A DNA stretch of 63,534 nt, counting the filler, from Bigelowiella natans CCMP2755 (Eukaryota; Protista; Cercozoa): the NCBI GenBank assembly GCA_000320545.1. It is 6 parts of 6 records of this genome, joined end to end, with 100 filler letters (N's around TTAATTAATTAA, not from the genome) between each part and the next. Parts side by side here need not be neighbours in the genome. Positions count along the whole stretch, not along the records: positions 9,288 to 38,585 come from ADNK01000011.1; positions 38,686 to 43,690 come from ADNK01000721.1; 4 more parts are not named here. The stretch is one strand, 5' to 3'. The notes under the pieces were generated by a model. The model saw only the letters and a program-made list of their open reading frames with translations, had not been told where the DNA came from and did not search any database. Made by a program: the position numbers and the translations under genes. Below, in pieces: positions 28,975 through 42,522 of this stretch (positions are counted from its first letter, which is position 1; each line of letters begins with the position of its first letter).

Positions 28975-29816
28975 TCTACAATGTTCCCCGCAAGATGCAT
29001 ACGATGCGTGTAAAGTCAATTATATTCCTTGCTTTGCAAAAAAATACTCGAACCATCATCAGAGCAGATGAAACGACCACATCTAGACATGTATCGCATG
29101 CATTGACTGCGATGACACTGTTGATCCCCACCACTTCCAGTGTGCTGTCTAAACTGCGTAGTGCCCGGCTGCTAAACTAATGATAGCACGTGTTTTTGCT
29201 TTGATGCTAGCCATCTGCTACATCACCCAGAGATTACATTTTTCAATAGCAATCATCCTAACAGGTGCATGTGCTTACATGCATGCAGCAATACGCCACG
29301 CGTTACCAGCAGCCACTCAGAGAGCTAGAATGCCAGTCAGGCGCGCAGAGAGGCATCACACCGTGACGTACGTGTATGTAGCAAGCGCTTTGTGTGAGTG
29401 TAATGCCATAGCTAGCTAGCTAGAATAGCAGCAGCAGCAGCAGCTGCCACATGCACATCTAGGCGCATGCTAGCACGCACTGCACGCACCATGCGATGTA
29501 GTCAGATTCCACCTGTGTCGCTTTTGTCCACGCGATGTTACATATTGTGTGCGACATGGATGCATGGTACTACGGATCGTACGACTACATGCGCATGTTG
29601 ACTACAAACACGCGATCTAGATGCAATGCGTACAGCAATTTGCGTGCATTATTTTTCATCTTCTTACTAATGCAATCGAATTATCGTTAGTCACATGCCT
29701 TTGCGGTTTCAAATGAATGTTTCTAGATTTATTGCTATGATGTTCCTTTTAATGTCACACCACGCCCTAGCAGTAGAGAACTAGGAGCGTTGCATTCGTC
29801 TGCACTAGAAGATAAA

Positions 29817-29878
29817 TTACAGCGTCTCCGGTAGCATCCCCTCCATTCCCAGATCGAAATCGCCCCACTCATCCTGTG

Positions 29879-29913
<35 letters not shown>

Positions 29914-30455
29914 TACACATTATGAGTCCGTGTGTCCGTGTGTGGAAGAAAGCGAGAGAGAGAGAGAGAGGGAGAGAGAGAGCAAGATATTAATATTGAA
30001 ATCAGACAGAATGTAAAGCCCCCATAATGAATAAGATCATGATCTAACATGTCAATTCTAGTTTGCTTCTCTACCTCCTCCTCAGCTGCCTTTTTCTTTT
30101 TCTTCGCCACAGATTTCTTTTTCTTTAGTGAGGGTTTTTTCTTCTTCTTGCCGGGTGTAGCTGGTGCGTCATTGTCCAGCTGCACAAGCACTCCACCACG
30201 ACCCTTCTTCGCCGCAGCACCTCCCCCCACCGGTACTTCATCATCTGACGAATGGACCACCATCAATAAAATAAAATATCATCGAGCAACTGGGTGAAGA
30301 TCTGAGTCAGAGACGACAGCATGCAATGAGGAGAGGGAGCAACGTGCGCTTACTTCCAAAACTTCTTGGTTGCTGGTGGAAATTGGCCACTTTATTCTCA
30401 GGGGTCGGTGAATCATCGCGCTGGTGGGTGAAAACGCATCACACACACACACACA

Positions 30456-30488
<33 letters not shown>

Positions 30489-31213
30489 GCATAAGGAGAG
30501 AGAGGCGGGATTATCTAAAATTAAAAGAAATATTTACGTTTGTTGAGGATGAAATATAATATCCTATGCATGCTCATGAGGAGTCATAAAAGACGAGGAA
30601 TGGTGGATATTTACCCTCCTGCTCTTAACGATCATCACAACATCTTCTTTTAACTTATCATTTTCCACTACATTGTTATTCCACATATCCGTCGAGGGTG
30701 AAGGCGATGGGGGAGGTGGTTGGCTCGTCCCCAGGATCCCATCGTCACCCATATGCCGCGGTGATGCATTCGGAGTTGTCACTCGCTCCTGGCCATGCAT
30801 ATCCATATCTCCATCCTTCAGCTGAGAAGAGGGAGAGGGGGGGTGGGTGGGGGTGGTTATCAAATGCCTTCAGGTAAAACAAGTTCCTGTAATGGTTTTG
30901 AGTGCTTGGAAAATCTCATCTGTGAAAGCTATTATGTGCTCCCTAGCAGCACCTCACATCCGAACAACGAGCTCACGTAATACTAATTCCCTTGTATTTA
31001 TAGAGATCTAGATATTTTCTCCTATTCATCTCGCGCTATTTCCCGTCTTATTATTTACATCGTCCTGCATGAAGCGGTTCTGGCTCATCGCATGTTCGTG
31101 CGCAGCGGCCCGCTCAGCTTTGTGGAGCTAAACAAGAGGGAAAGGAAGAGGAAGGAGGTACAGGACATTCATAATGACGATCAACACAAATCGGATAACT
31201 TTCTTTCCTTTAT

Positions 31214-31252
<39 letters not shown>

Positions 31253-32472
31253 ATTATATGCGTGTTTAGATAAATTTTACAAAACACTCTTTTTACCAAT
31301 TCAGCACACTGCGCGTATTCTTCGTCTCGGTGCATCTCCTTCAAAATCTGACACATATAGCGTAGGCACTCAGCGTTGTCCGGATCCTGCTTGTGGATGG
31401 CCCTGATTTGAACATTAATAGAAGAAAACTGAGTGAAACACACACAGAGAGAAAGGCCATCGATCGATGTTGGTGGTAGTTGTTCGGGCACTCGTTTACC
31501 TATAGCACTTGAGTGATTTGGTGAAGGCGCTCATTCGTCTGTAGCAGCTTGCTACCATCAGCTTCCACTTGATTTCGTCTGGCTCTATCTCAGCCGCCCG
31601 CTCAAAGAACGGTATGGCGCGCTCGTAGAGATTGGATTTGACAAACCTGTGTCAGAGAGGGGAGGGGGGGGGGGCGGGAGAGAGATGGAGCTCAGAGACG
31701 GTGGACTGGTAAATGGTTGTACTAGTACCTTTCTGCTCAGCATAGCGTCATCATCATCATAATAGTAATCATGTTCCCCAACATCTCCCCCCTTCGCGTC
31801 TCTCATTATACTCACTCACCAAACTCCAAGCCAGGAGATAATGTCCATGTTGACGGGGTAGACGTTGTATGAATCGCTGTAGTTGTGGAAGGCAGCCGTG
31901 TCGTCGCCCCCCTTCTTGTGTAGCGCTCCAATGCGGTACAGTATCGTGGGATCGGTGGGGATCTGTTAAGAGAGAAAAGTCAGAACGAATACATACTTCT
32001 GGAGGTCGTTTAGCATCATCGCCGCCAACCCGTCTACCGTTAAGCATCACATTAATTTCCCCACGTTCTAACACACACACACACACACACCGCTCCGTGA
32101 AGGATCTTGAACCACTTCGTCGCGGGGCCTGAGTCCTCCATCATATCGTAGAGATTGGCGATCTGATAAATGACCATGGGGTCTTTTGGGACGATCCGGT
32201 GCAGCTTCGAAAAGGCCATGAGGGAGGCCTTGAGGTTTCCCAGCCGCTTATTCACGAGCCCAAGGTTGTAGATCGCCTCCACGCAGTCTGCTTCTACTCC
32301 GATGGCTAATGGTGGCAAAGTCGCAGCAGTAGCAGTAGCAGTAGCAGTAGCAGTAGGGGGAGGCGAAGGAAAGAGATGCCGTGCATGAGTTTAAGCTAAA
32401 ACGCGTTCCTCGGGCACACGCTGCCATCATGACTTCTACTACGACTGCCGCCACCACCACACAAACACACAC

Positions 32473-32510
<38 letters not shown>

Positions 32511-33153
32511 GGAAGAAACCACAACCAGACATTGACCGATATCGCCTACCTTCTAAGTAGAGCTCCTTTGCTCCGTCGAGGTACCCTTGCTTGAACATGA
32601 AGTTGGCCTTGTTGACCAAGGCCTTGGCGTTGTAGCGGTCAGCGCGCACGGCCTTCTCAGCGTAAACCTCGGCATTCTTCAAGTCGCTGTCACAACGTGA
32701 GAGAGAAAGCATCAGAGAGATGATAACAGAGGAAGGGTGCTTTCGTTTTGCTGGTGGGGCGCGCTGAAGCAACAACCCCTCTCTCCATCCTCTCACTACA
32801 ATCTCCTCCATAATCTCCTTTTAAGCATACCCTTCGAGGAAGTAGAGGAACGACAAATTCGTGGCCGCCTGATCTAACAACGCGGCTTCTTTTCGCTCGA
32901 AATCCTTGAAGGTCTGGATAGCACGCGAGATGTCTTTGCGCTTAAGATACGCAGTGCCCAGCGCAATCTCCATCTCCATAGCCAGCCGTGGGAATCTGAA
33001 GCAAAGGAGGATGAGAGTGGAAGAAGAAGAAGATGGCGATGATGACAGTGCTGAGATAGCAACTGATTATATGCTAAAATTCATAAGGAATGCAAGGAAA
33101 GATTCGATTCTATTAAGTATTTATGGATTCCACATTGTTATCTAGGAGCGTTG

Positions 33154-33194
<41 letters not shown>

Positions 33195-33246
33195 TTATTT
33201 ATATATCAAGCTTGCTGAAACTTTATTTTCTCTCTCTCTTTCTCTC

Positions 33247-33303
<57 letters not shown>

Positions 33304-34318
33304 TCAGGGTAGTAGAGGTAGTGGTAGTAGTAGTAGCAGTAGAAGAAGGAGAAGGAGGAGGACGACGAGAAGGAGAAGGAGTACAGAGGCTTTCCCTCTC
33401 CGTTGCCATCAGGATCACGCGCTGGCTCTCTTAGCTGCCCGATCACCCATTTATATCTGTGAGGGTGAAAGAGATTTCCTCGATCAATACTTGCACGTGT
33501 GTGTGTGTGTGTACATGAGTAAGTAAGTGCTCATGCTCTTTTCGACTATCATCCAATGAACCAATCCCCCTCCCTTGCTCACCCCGCGGCGAAATCGCTC
33601 GGCTCGATGACGGGGGCAATAAGACGTGCGGCCCGGTATACGAGACGCTCATCATGCGCCCGGCGTGCAGACAACTCCGCCTTCAAATCGTCCTGAAAAC
33701 AACGGAGGAAGTGATATCAGCGAGAATGTACCTACATGACGCGCTATCTAAAACATCCAATGATGGCTGGAGATATACAGACGTATCGGTGAAGCTACTA
33801 TGATGCATTGCTACCTTGCCGTCCATTCCTTTCATGTCGCGCCCTCCAGGAACCGACATTTTTTGGTCGGAAAGGGGATTATCCTCCTCCTCTTCGTCAT
33901 CGCTGTCTCTAGCACTTCCGTTAGTGTTGACAGCCAGCAACGCTGTGAATGCTAGTTTCATTTTCTGCCACCAAAAAAAAGTATCTATCGTCATCTGCAT
34001 CAACATTGTCTGGGGAGGGAAATCTCTGCTGATATGAGATCACCCTCAAGACTGCCAGAGTTCAATCGTTTCTCGCTCCCCTCTACATTATCTATCGTCG
34101 TTGTCGTCGGCGTGAGCATCATCGCCATCATCATAACCTCGATGCATCATTCACTCTTCGTTCCCGTCGTCAATATTTATCATCTTTTTCTACCTTGATA
34201 TTTCCCCTGGAATAGTGGCATAGAAGGAGGTTGAACCCAGTTGTAGTGTTTGGGTAGGAGTTCATGACCGACTCGAAGGATTCGATGGCCTCTTGGTACT
34301 GCCCCAACCTACCATAGG

Positions 34319-34359
<41 letters not shown>

Positions 34360-36093
34360 AACACACACAAACCATAGAAACCAGAAAGAAAGTGAGAAAC
34401 GAAACTTCAACGACGAAGTTCATAATTAGCATGCCTCTAAACAGGCACTGAACATGAAAGAGATCTGTGAATTAAAAGCCGAATGATCTCACTTTTCCTT
34501 ATTTGTTCCCACGACAACAGTATTTCTTGGTGTCAACAGTATCATCCCAACAAGCTTCTACTGTCTAGCTAGACAATCTTTTCAACTCTCTCAAATAATC
34601 ATCATTATCATCATCATGGTCGTGATCTTTCGAGGGGAGAGGGTATTTGTCGTAACTGTACGAACGCGTTGCCGATATTCTGCATGATGCGAAAGCGCGT
34701 CTCTCTCGAGCTCTGATTGGCTGTGGAGATCTGATCCATGGCCATCCGGTACCTAGTGTTGATAGGAGGAGAAGTGGTTAGTTGGTCGCAGAATTACCAA
34801 GCAGAGGCCTCCATGAAACGCACGGCGCGCTGTTGATTTGATATTCCAAAATATTCCAACAAGCATTTGATCGCGCACTGAGTTTCGAATGGTATTCGGT
34901 GTTCTCATCATCAAGGAGATTCCGCTCTATCTGTGCGCACTGCTATATGAACATAGTCTTTCTCACATTCTCTTGGCAGCGGCGTATTTCTTCTGCTCGT
35001 AGTATATGTTTCCCATGTTGACGCGGAGGCGGCCGAGGTAGGGGTACTGCTTGTTCTTCACTATTTGACTGTACGCCGATAAAGCCTCATCATACATGCC
35101 TACCATACAAAGGATTTAGTAAAGATGAAAAGGGTGAGTGCGCGAATAACAGACGCATCATGCCAGTTCTGTGCAGGCAGAAGCATTCTTCTCTCGGGTA
35201 TCCCAATTTGAAAGGGATTGCATGGTCAGAGTCGTCATTCTATTTCTCACCACTTGCGTGGTACTGACGAGCGAGGTTGAACCTGACCGCATAGGTGAGA
35301 TCCATGTTCACCTAAAGCAGCAAGAGAGAGTAAGTAACAACATCAGCGTCAACTCAAAACGAACTCCAACGAGCATCAGAGATATGCAAGTGATTCTTTA
35401 CTCGTTCACATTTTCATTTTGGCTATTATTATATGTCCTCTCGACGCTGCTGCTTACTTGTTCGCCTAGCTGCGATTTGTCCCTGTGTTTTGTGAGAGTT
35501 CTCTCCTTCTTGACGGCCTGAGAGGCTCTTTCGAGTGCCCTTGAGTAGTCTCCGGCATTGTGTGCCTCTGTGGACTGCAGGAATAGATCATGAACCTCCT
35601 TTTCCATCTTTCGGGCAGTTTCCTGAGTTAGAAATTCATCATCAGCAGAAGTAAGAGCAATTCAAGAAGGAATGCACATGATGATAGCGAGCATCGCGAA
35701 AGAGACGGATATGTGCTTGCATATTTACCTCAGGAGTTTGCTTCTTCTTTTCCTCTTTCAACGTGAACATGGACGATGATTTGCCCATGGATTGGTTTAA
35801 GGGATCCCATCTGCATGGAGAAGAAGGTGAGGAGAAGCAAGGGAGATAGGAGTAACTCTAGTCATCATCCCAACACATCAACGAAGTATCATTTGCACGG
35901 AAAACCTTGGTTGCTTTGAGGAGTAGCCAGCACTTTGCACAGCGGTCATCGGTCTCGCAATTTCACTGAAGGCGCCACCATTTTGCGTTCAGACAATATC
36001 ACAACCGCACATACACAAAATGTTATACACACACACACACACACATACACACACACACATGTTAATTATATTACACAGAGTACTCACTTTCTC

Positions 36094-36135
<42 letters not shown>

Positions 36136-36702
36136 GTGTGTCTGTGTGTACATGCATACGTGTGTGCGTGGCGGTAATTATTACAGGTGAGGGAGGAAGG
36201 GGAGAAAGATTAAATAATTTCCGTCGTCGTCTTCACACAATGTGATTCACGAGCTACACCGAACAACCATTTTATTCTATCCGGTTGCAATGAGAGGAGG
36301 AGAGGTCGATAATTATCGATTCCACTCATACTTTTTTAGAAGTACCTTTGCATCCCAACACCAAATGTGGTTGTGGGAGGACGGACACTCGGCTGCTGCT
36401 GACTCGGGGCAAACGGGTTGTAGCCCGAGATGTTATTGCTTGTTCCATGGTTGCTGGCGTTGTTCGTGGTCGTGATAGTTTTGTGGATCGTCTCTGTAGA
36501 GGCGATCTGGTCATAGCCAACATACAGATCCTCCTCCTCCTGCGGCTCCTGATGCGGGGGAAAATATGTGAGCAGTACTTATCACGTAGTGCTCGACAAG
36601 AACATTTTGTCGGGGGTGAGAAAAAGTAATGACGAGTTGGAAAGGCCAGACAGGGATGTGTACCCTCCCAAAGTTCTTCTGTGCGTAGGGATTGCCGATC
36701 AT
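29817..36702 (-). CDS. IFT88: Intraflagellar transport protein 88 (TPR protein); multi-exon
   Basis: EEEDLYVGYD; RPMTAVQSAGY; AVKKER.L; MDLTYAVRFNLA; IVKNKQYP..GRLRVNMGNIY; YRMAMDQI; ADRYNAKALVNK; CVEAIYNLGL; PVNMDIISWLG; PFFERAAEI; KWKLMVASC; PDNAECLRY; C-terminal DEWGDFDLGMEGMLPE. Confidence 0.95.
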
Positions 36703-37095
36703 GGTTTTCCTCTCTTCGTTCCTTCCACAATGCGAGCTGTCTCAGGATGATGAAGACGGTTGGGGGCGAGAGGAGTTTTTTTGGTAACCGACCCGAGGAC
36801 GTTTTCCAGCTTCAAATATGTTGTCGCGATACCAAAACCCAGTTCATTTGTATCTAGATTTAGCAGCAACTGCATCGCGGGAAAACTTCCAGGAGATCGA
36901 TCCAACGTCCTCCACGCTGAAGCAAGGATTTTTTTTATCAATTTATGCATGTCGCAGACCTAAATAGGGATCCATTTTTCTCATATATGTCATACTCGTT
37001 TTGGGCAATAATTCATCGGGAGAATCTTGGCTGTCTATCATCGCAAAGTTTCCACGTCGTTCTTCAATCCTCCCCCCCCCCCCATTTTCTTTGGA

Positions 37096-37547
37096 ATGCT
37101 CCTCATCCACGCGCTGGCGCTGGGAAGTTATCACATTCATGCCAGAATTCATCTTTTTACTTTGTGTATACAGAACGGTTCATACAATGTTCACTGCTGG
37201 CCAGAAGATTGTTTCATTTGACATCGACCCCCCCCCCTCCACACGTTGGGATTGCATTGCATTCTGCCAAATTAAAAGGTTGGAATTCTGGGTGGCCTCA
37301 GCCAAACGAGGGCTTCTCAGAGTATCAGCCCGCGCTTGCCAGCGCTGACGAGGTTTCGGGGCCGCAACCATGCGGGCATACGAGCTTTCTCACACCAGAT
37401 GACGAAGCGGTCTAGACCCCGTTCTACATCTATTCAGCTGCAGGTAGGAAAGGACTTCAGACTTTCCCTGAGCTTTAGGCATTTTTCAGTTTAAACTTTC
37501 TTGTCTAGCCTCCTCTTGCTTTTCTCTGCCTCTTTCTGCCTCTACAG

Positions 37548-37594
<47 letters not shown>

Positions 37595-38330
37595 CATTAC
37601 ACATATACGTTTCTATACGCATATTCAAAATATTTGTACTAATACGTATTCTCTCCACATATGAACGTAGTTTTAAATGATTATCGAACAAAATTTTAGG
37701 ATGAAACAGTTCTTAAGGCTAGAGATTTTGCGCGGCAGCAACAGGACCAACCACAGCAGCTGCTGCCATTGCGTCCTTTTGCAAAGAAGACTGCGACAAT
37801 GCGTAGGAGAGGAGTAGGAAGTGCTTTTCTTGCGTCCATCACAGGGTTATCCATGGCGCTTCAAATGCAATTATCTGAAGCGATGGCTGCAAAGGTACGA
37901 CCAAACGTCGATGATATTGGCAATGTGCTCTGTCTCCCTCTCTCTGTCTCTCTCTCTTTTGTGCGCGCGCGCGTGTGCGTGATAAGTGTGTGCCAATACA
38001 GAATGATAACAAAAACCTCTGAAAAATCCAAATAGCCTATGCTTTTCATCATCATCAGTAGCACCATCCTTCATCAACAACAGCAACAACTGAACAATCT
38101 TCCACAAGCTTCTTGTTCTCCTCATGATCCTCTGCCATTTCAGACTACGTCATCATTTCCAACGGATATCGGTGGAGGGTCATTTCCGACTGATATTGGT
38201 GGGGGAGGTGGTGATAGCAGCCCTAAGTCCCCACCACCATCATCATCATCATCATCATCATTTCCACAAGAACTGGGTGGTGGGTCTTCAGAACAACTAC
38301 CCAAAAGCGGGGGCTTTCCGACGGAAATAG

Positions 38331-38382
<52 letters not shown>

Positions 38383-38585
38383 CATTTAATTATCGCGAGA
38401 GTGTGCGCGTGTGTGTGTCCGAGAAAGCACACACCACCCCCGCGCTTGTTTGTGAATATAATGGAAGATGTGGGAGAGTCGGGTGAGGGCTGAAACACTC
38501 ACACTGGACAATACATATATGTGACGACGTGATCTGGGTGGATACAGGTATGTATCTCTCTCATCTACTGCCTCTCCTCCCTCAG
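37096..38585 (+). CDS. Hypothetical plastid (possibly thylakoid-lumen) protein with FPx(D/E)(I/L)GGG repeats; partial
   Basis: R/S-rich exon (SQTRASQSISPRLPALTRFRGRNHAGIRAFS...), then MRRRGVGSAFLASITGLSMALQMQLSEAMAA (twin-Arg, hydrophobic stretch, AxA), then TTSSFPTDIGGGSFPTDIGGG...FPQELGGG...FPTEI. The start is uncertain and the gene runs into the gap. Confidence 0.55.
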
Positions 38586-38737
38586 NNNNNNNNNNNNNNN
38601 NNNNNNNNNNNNNNNNNNNNNNNNNNNNNTTAATTAATTAANNNNNNNNNNNNNNNNNNNNNNNNNNNNNNNNNNNNNNNNNNNNTGGTGTGTGTGCTTG
38701 ATGCCAATGAATTATGTGTGATTGACTCGACAAACAC

Positions 38738-39341
38738 CAGCGAGGGACGACATCTTTTCGAATACACGCATTTGCTTCAGGAAGTTTTCAAACGTCATGC
38801 TTCCCGGACTGGTATGGAGGAGTGGGTAATTATGTGAATGAAGAAGGGCGATAATGAAGGCTTTTGTTGTCGACTTGGGAGTCACCAACCCATCGATCAA
38901 GGACGTCATCATTCCTTTTCACCTCCTTCGCACCCTTCGGTTTATCGCTATCTTCTGTACTTCCCCCCTACTTTCATCTCTACACTCGTAGTAACCTTGA
39001 TGCTCTGTTCCAGCTCTTCTACACCTAAGAATTGATACGTGCATAAGCAGAGAAGCGGGACACTGCCAGTCGGGAAATGGCCAGGATATGCTAGTTGCAA
39101 AAATCTCGAGTATCTCCGATATTTTGGTTCTGCTCTCGATGATACGGGATATAGAGTTTCGTACGAATAAATGAACGAAAGATCTCTCCGTTCCCATATC
39201 ATTTTCCTCATTCACTTTTTTTTTCCTATTTCGTATTACCCAACTCCTTCAACTCTGATTCGGCTGAGTTCCAAAAGATTGCACAGAAAGGATACCAACA
39301 ACAAAATATTTATGTCAGGTGGGAGAGAATCCACACTATGG

Positions 39342-39377
<36 letters not shown>

Positions 39378-40206
39378 TGTGTTTGTGCGCGTGTGTGTCG
39401 TTTGGATCAAGGAAATCATATATCTATGGGTGGTGCAGTAAGTAGCAAATCAGATTGATTACGTAGAAACTTCATCAACTCTTCTTCCATTTTGTTTCCG
39501 AAAAACCCGCTAAGTAGTAAAGAATCACCCATCATGAAATACGTTCAAACGAGTATATATAGGGCAACAAGCTGCTGTTCAGAGACGATTGGCAAAAAAG
39601 GGAAGGAGCGGGACACTGTTTCTTCGTGACTTCTTCTTCTACTTAAGCGTTCCTTGATTGTATTCTTTACAGTTGGGTGAAACATCATCGATTGGAGAAC
39701 CACCTTGCTTTCTTGAATACGTCCGGAAGCTCGACGTTCCTCCGCAAAACTTTGATCGAACGACCAGTTCCACATCTATGGGAGGCGGGCGAGAACAAAG
39801 GCAAAGTGAGTACACGCGTCGTATGGGGTGGGCATGCGTAGCTTCACAAGCACATTCATGCAAGCTACAAATGATATAAAACCTTCGAAGGCCGCCCATC
39901 CCCCGAATGTTGCTGCTACCGAAAACTGCAGCGCTGCTACTGCCAAATATTGCACGGAAAACAAAAGAGTAAGTAAATTCGATCAACAGGATAATGATGG
40001 CCGACAGGTGGTTGGATGCTAATGTTCGAAAAGGGATCCAGCGACTAAGCGTTATTGTTCTTCTTGGTCTCGTACCGCTGGGTGGTCAGTGTAGCTGAAA
40101 TAGGCGAGTGGCTCTCTGAGCGGTATTGGAGTAGTGCAAACCCTATGCAGAAAGCAAAGGCTATGATCCCCATTGAAGCCAGGCATGGCCCCTGGTTCGA
40201 CGGCAT
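38738..40206 (-). CDS. Putative plastid-targeted protein with an SRP54/Ffh M-domain-like segment and no NG domain; partial
   Basis: Exon chain MPSNQGPCLASMGIIAFAFCIGFALLQYRS...-SSAAVFGSSNIRGMGGLR-RCGTGRSIKVLRRNVELPDVFKKA-SGFFGNKMEEELMKFL-PESELKEL-GVEELEQSIK..-GSMTFENFLKQMRVFEKMSSLA, then the gap. The phase of the last junction is ambiguous. Confidence 0.55.
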
Positions 40207-40857
40207 CGCTCTTCCGAGTTGTTGCTCCGGTCAAAGCAATTAACACTTATTACAAGACATCAAGATATCCTGTGCGTAAAATATTTTCTAATTTCAGTTT
40301 TGCCGTGCTCCTTTGCGATCGGCATGGGCTGTTCTGCACAAGGTGATCCTAGGAATTATTTTTATCGAAGAAATATCCTAGCCGAAAGCTGTGCAGTAGA
40401 TCAACAGAGGGGTACTTTCGGCTGGACATGAGAAGTGTGAAATTGAGCCGAGGATTCAGCAGAAGAAACCCAGGCTGTTACTCTTCTGCGACTTGCCTTT
40501 TCTCCTAACTAAATAATTCTAGTAATTCCAGTAATTAACAATATGGCAACTTCGTGTTGACGCAGAACCTGTGCATGTTCATTCGACATTCTAGCTGCCA
40601 AGTCGCAGATGTCAAATCACTCAAATCACAGCCAGTAAAACTATTTTCTTACTTATTAAGTCGGCAGATTTAGGACTACGAGATGAGGCCACCGACGACA
40701 TGGAAAGTTATCCGATTTGTCTTGAGAGACATCCTTATTTTCCGGAACAATGCGAAATTAGGCGATATCTCCGGGATAGTTTGCATTTTGATCCTACGAC
40801 AACCTAATCATGACCTTTTTTGAGGAAGGAACACATTCCAGGCTCCCGCAGAACAGG

Positions 40858-42483
40858 ATGACGTTCAAAGCGGTTGTCCCTCTGTGTGTGTGTGTGTGTG
40901 TGTGTGTGTAAGCGGATGCATGTTTGTGATAATGGGAAGCAGGGCAGTTTTGTACATAGGCTAGCTGTGTACTTCTATCCATCTGGTTGAATTACAGTAC
41001 TGGGCTCACGCAGATCTGACCTCCATTTGTGATTGCTGATGTAGATCAGCTTTTTTTACCTTCACCTCACAAACTCGTGATCCGTGATGATGGCTGCTTC
41101 CTTCTCCTTATTTGAAAACCCAGGCGCGATGGCTCTTTGTCTGCGCCTTCTTTATTCTGGGGAGTGAAAGCCTTGTTATCGACTTGAATACGGAGCATGA
41201 TGGCCGCAGCGTTTTCCACATTACGTCGTTCGGATATGAAGAAGGAGGGGTAGAAACAATCTTCCACTATCTAGCTAGATAGCACATTATTCACGCGTGG
41301 TCTCTTACACCAATATCTTGTACTGCCACCTCTCCATCCATCATCGCAGGTGTTTAAGATGGACCTCAAAGACTTCGTGCTGCTTGTGCCGCAGTCTCAC
41401 CACAATGAGTACAGAGAAGAGAAGACCAAGGGTGGGTGTGTAGATAGAGCAACTCCCCACGCACTAAAAGTAGTAGCAGTAGACAGCACCGGAGAAGCGA
41501 CGAAAGGCTGCAATGCAATTTGATTGAAAATTTTAGTCATTATTATTATTATCATCATTATTTTTTTTTTAATCATTATTATTATTGGGATAATTTTAGT
41601 TGCACACAGTACACATGGTGGTGGTTGGCACCCGTAGCACCCATCCATATACACGAGCACGGGTGTGTAGAGGGGGAAGAGAGAGAGGAGGTGGGGGGAG
41701 CGAGAGAATATCATTGAATACGTATAAATACTCATTCAAAACATAAATGTACTGCTACGACGCGCAGACAAGCTAGTCTTCGTGCTACAGCACACGCATT
41801 CCGGCGGTGTTCGAGTCGAGGAGGGAACATCAGAGTGAGAAGAGAACTAATGTTAGGAATGCAAACACATTTTGCCTTAGTTTTGAAGTTTTCGTAAGAC
41901 GGACAATTCGCCTTGTCGCAAGACAGCAACCATTGGCGTTGTTCCGCGGCGATGAGTGTACCGAAGGGAAAGACAGTGCACACGGATAACTCCCCATTCT
42001 GACCTACCCTCCCCCCTTTCTTTTCACCTCCTCCCCTCCATGCATGCATCCGAAGGAAATGCTTCCACGAAGATCCGGAGAACCTTGGAGAGAATGTCAG
42101 TTCGGAAGAAAAATATAACACACACACACTTCCTATCACTATTTCCCCAAGAGGGGCAGGGAGGGAAGAGGGTGAACATGGGACAAATATACGTCATATC
42201 CGCGTCGGCCTCTTCATCGATGTAAAAACGACGTATTTTACTTCTTCTTGGAAACACGACCGTAGGACGAGATCATATCGCTGCCATACAACGTCGTGGC
42301 AGATAAGGCGCCCTTGGAGAAGATAATCCACATCAAAGAGCCCGGAACCTATCACGTCTACTTTTCGAATTGCGTGCGTGCCCCGATGATTATTAAACTG
42401 TTTCTTCCTCCTCCAATGCTCTACCGCAAAAACATCAACGACTGCTGAAACGCTACCTCTTGAATGGCATGTTCCCCGCCCCT

Positions 42484-42522
<39 letters not shown>

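Noticed and set aside
38741-39170. Possible + strand exons (EGRHLFEY...WPGYASCKNLEYLRY) finishing the lumen-protein gene
   Set aside because: The - strand gives a longer, more coherent exon chain with an M-domain-like motif, so the + reading is probably shadow.
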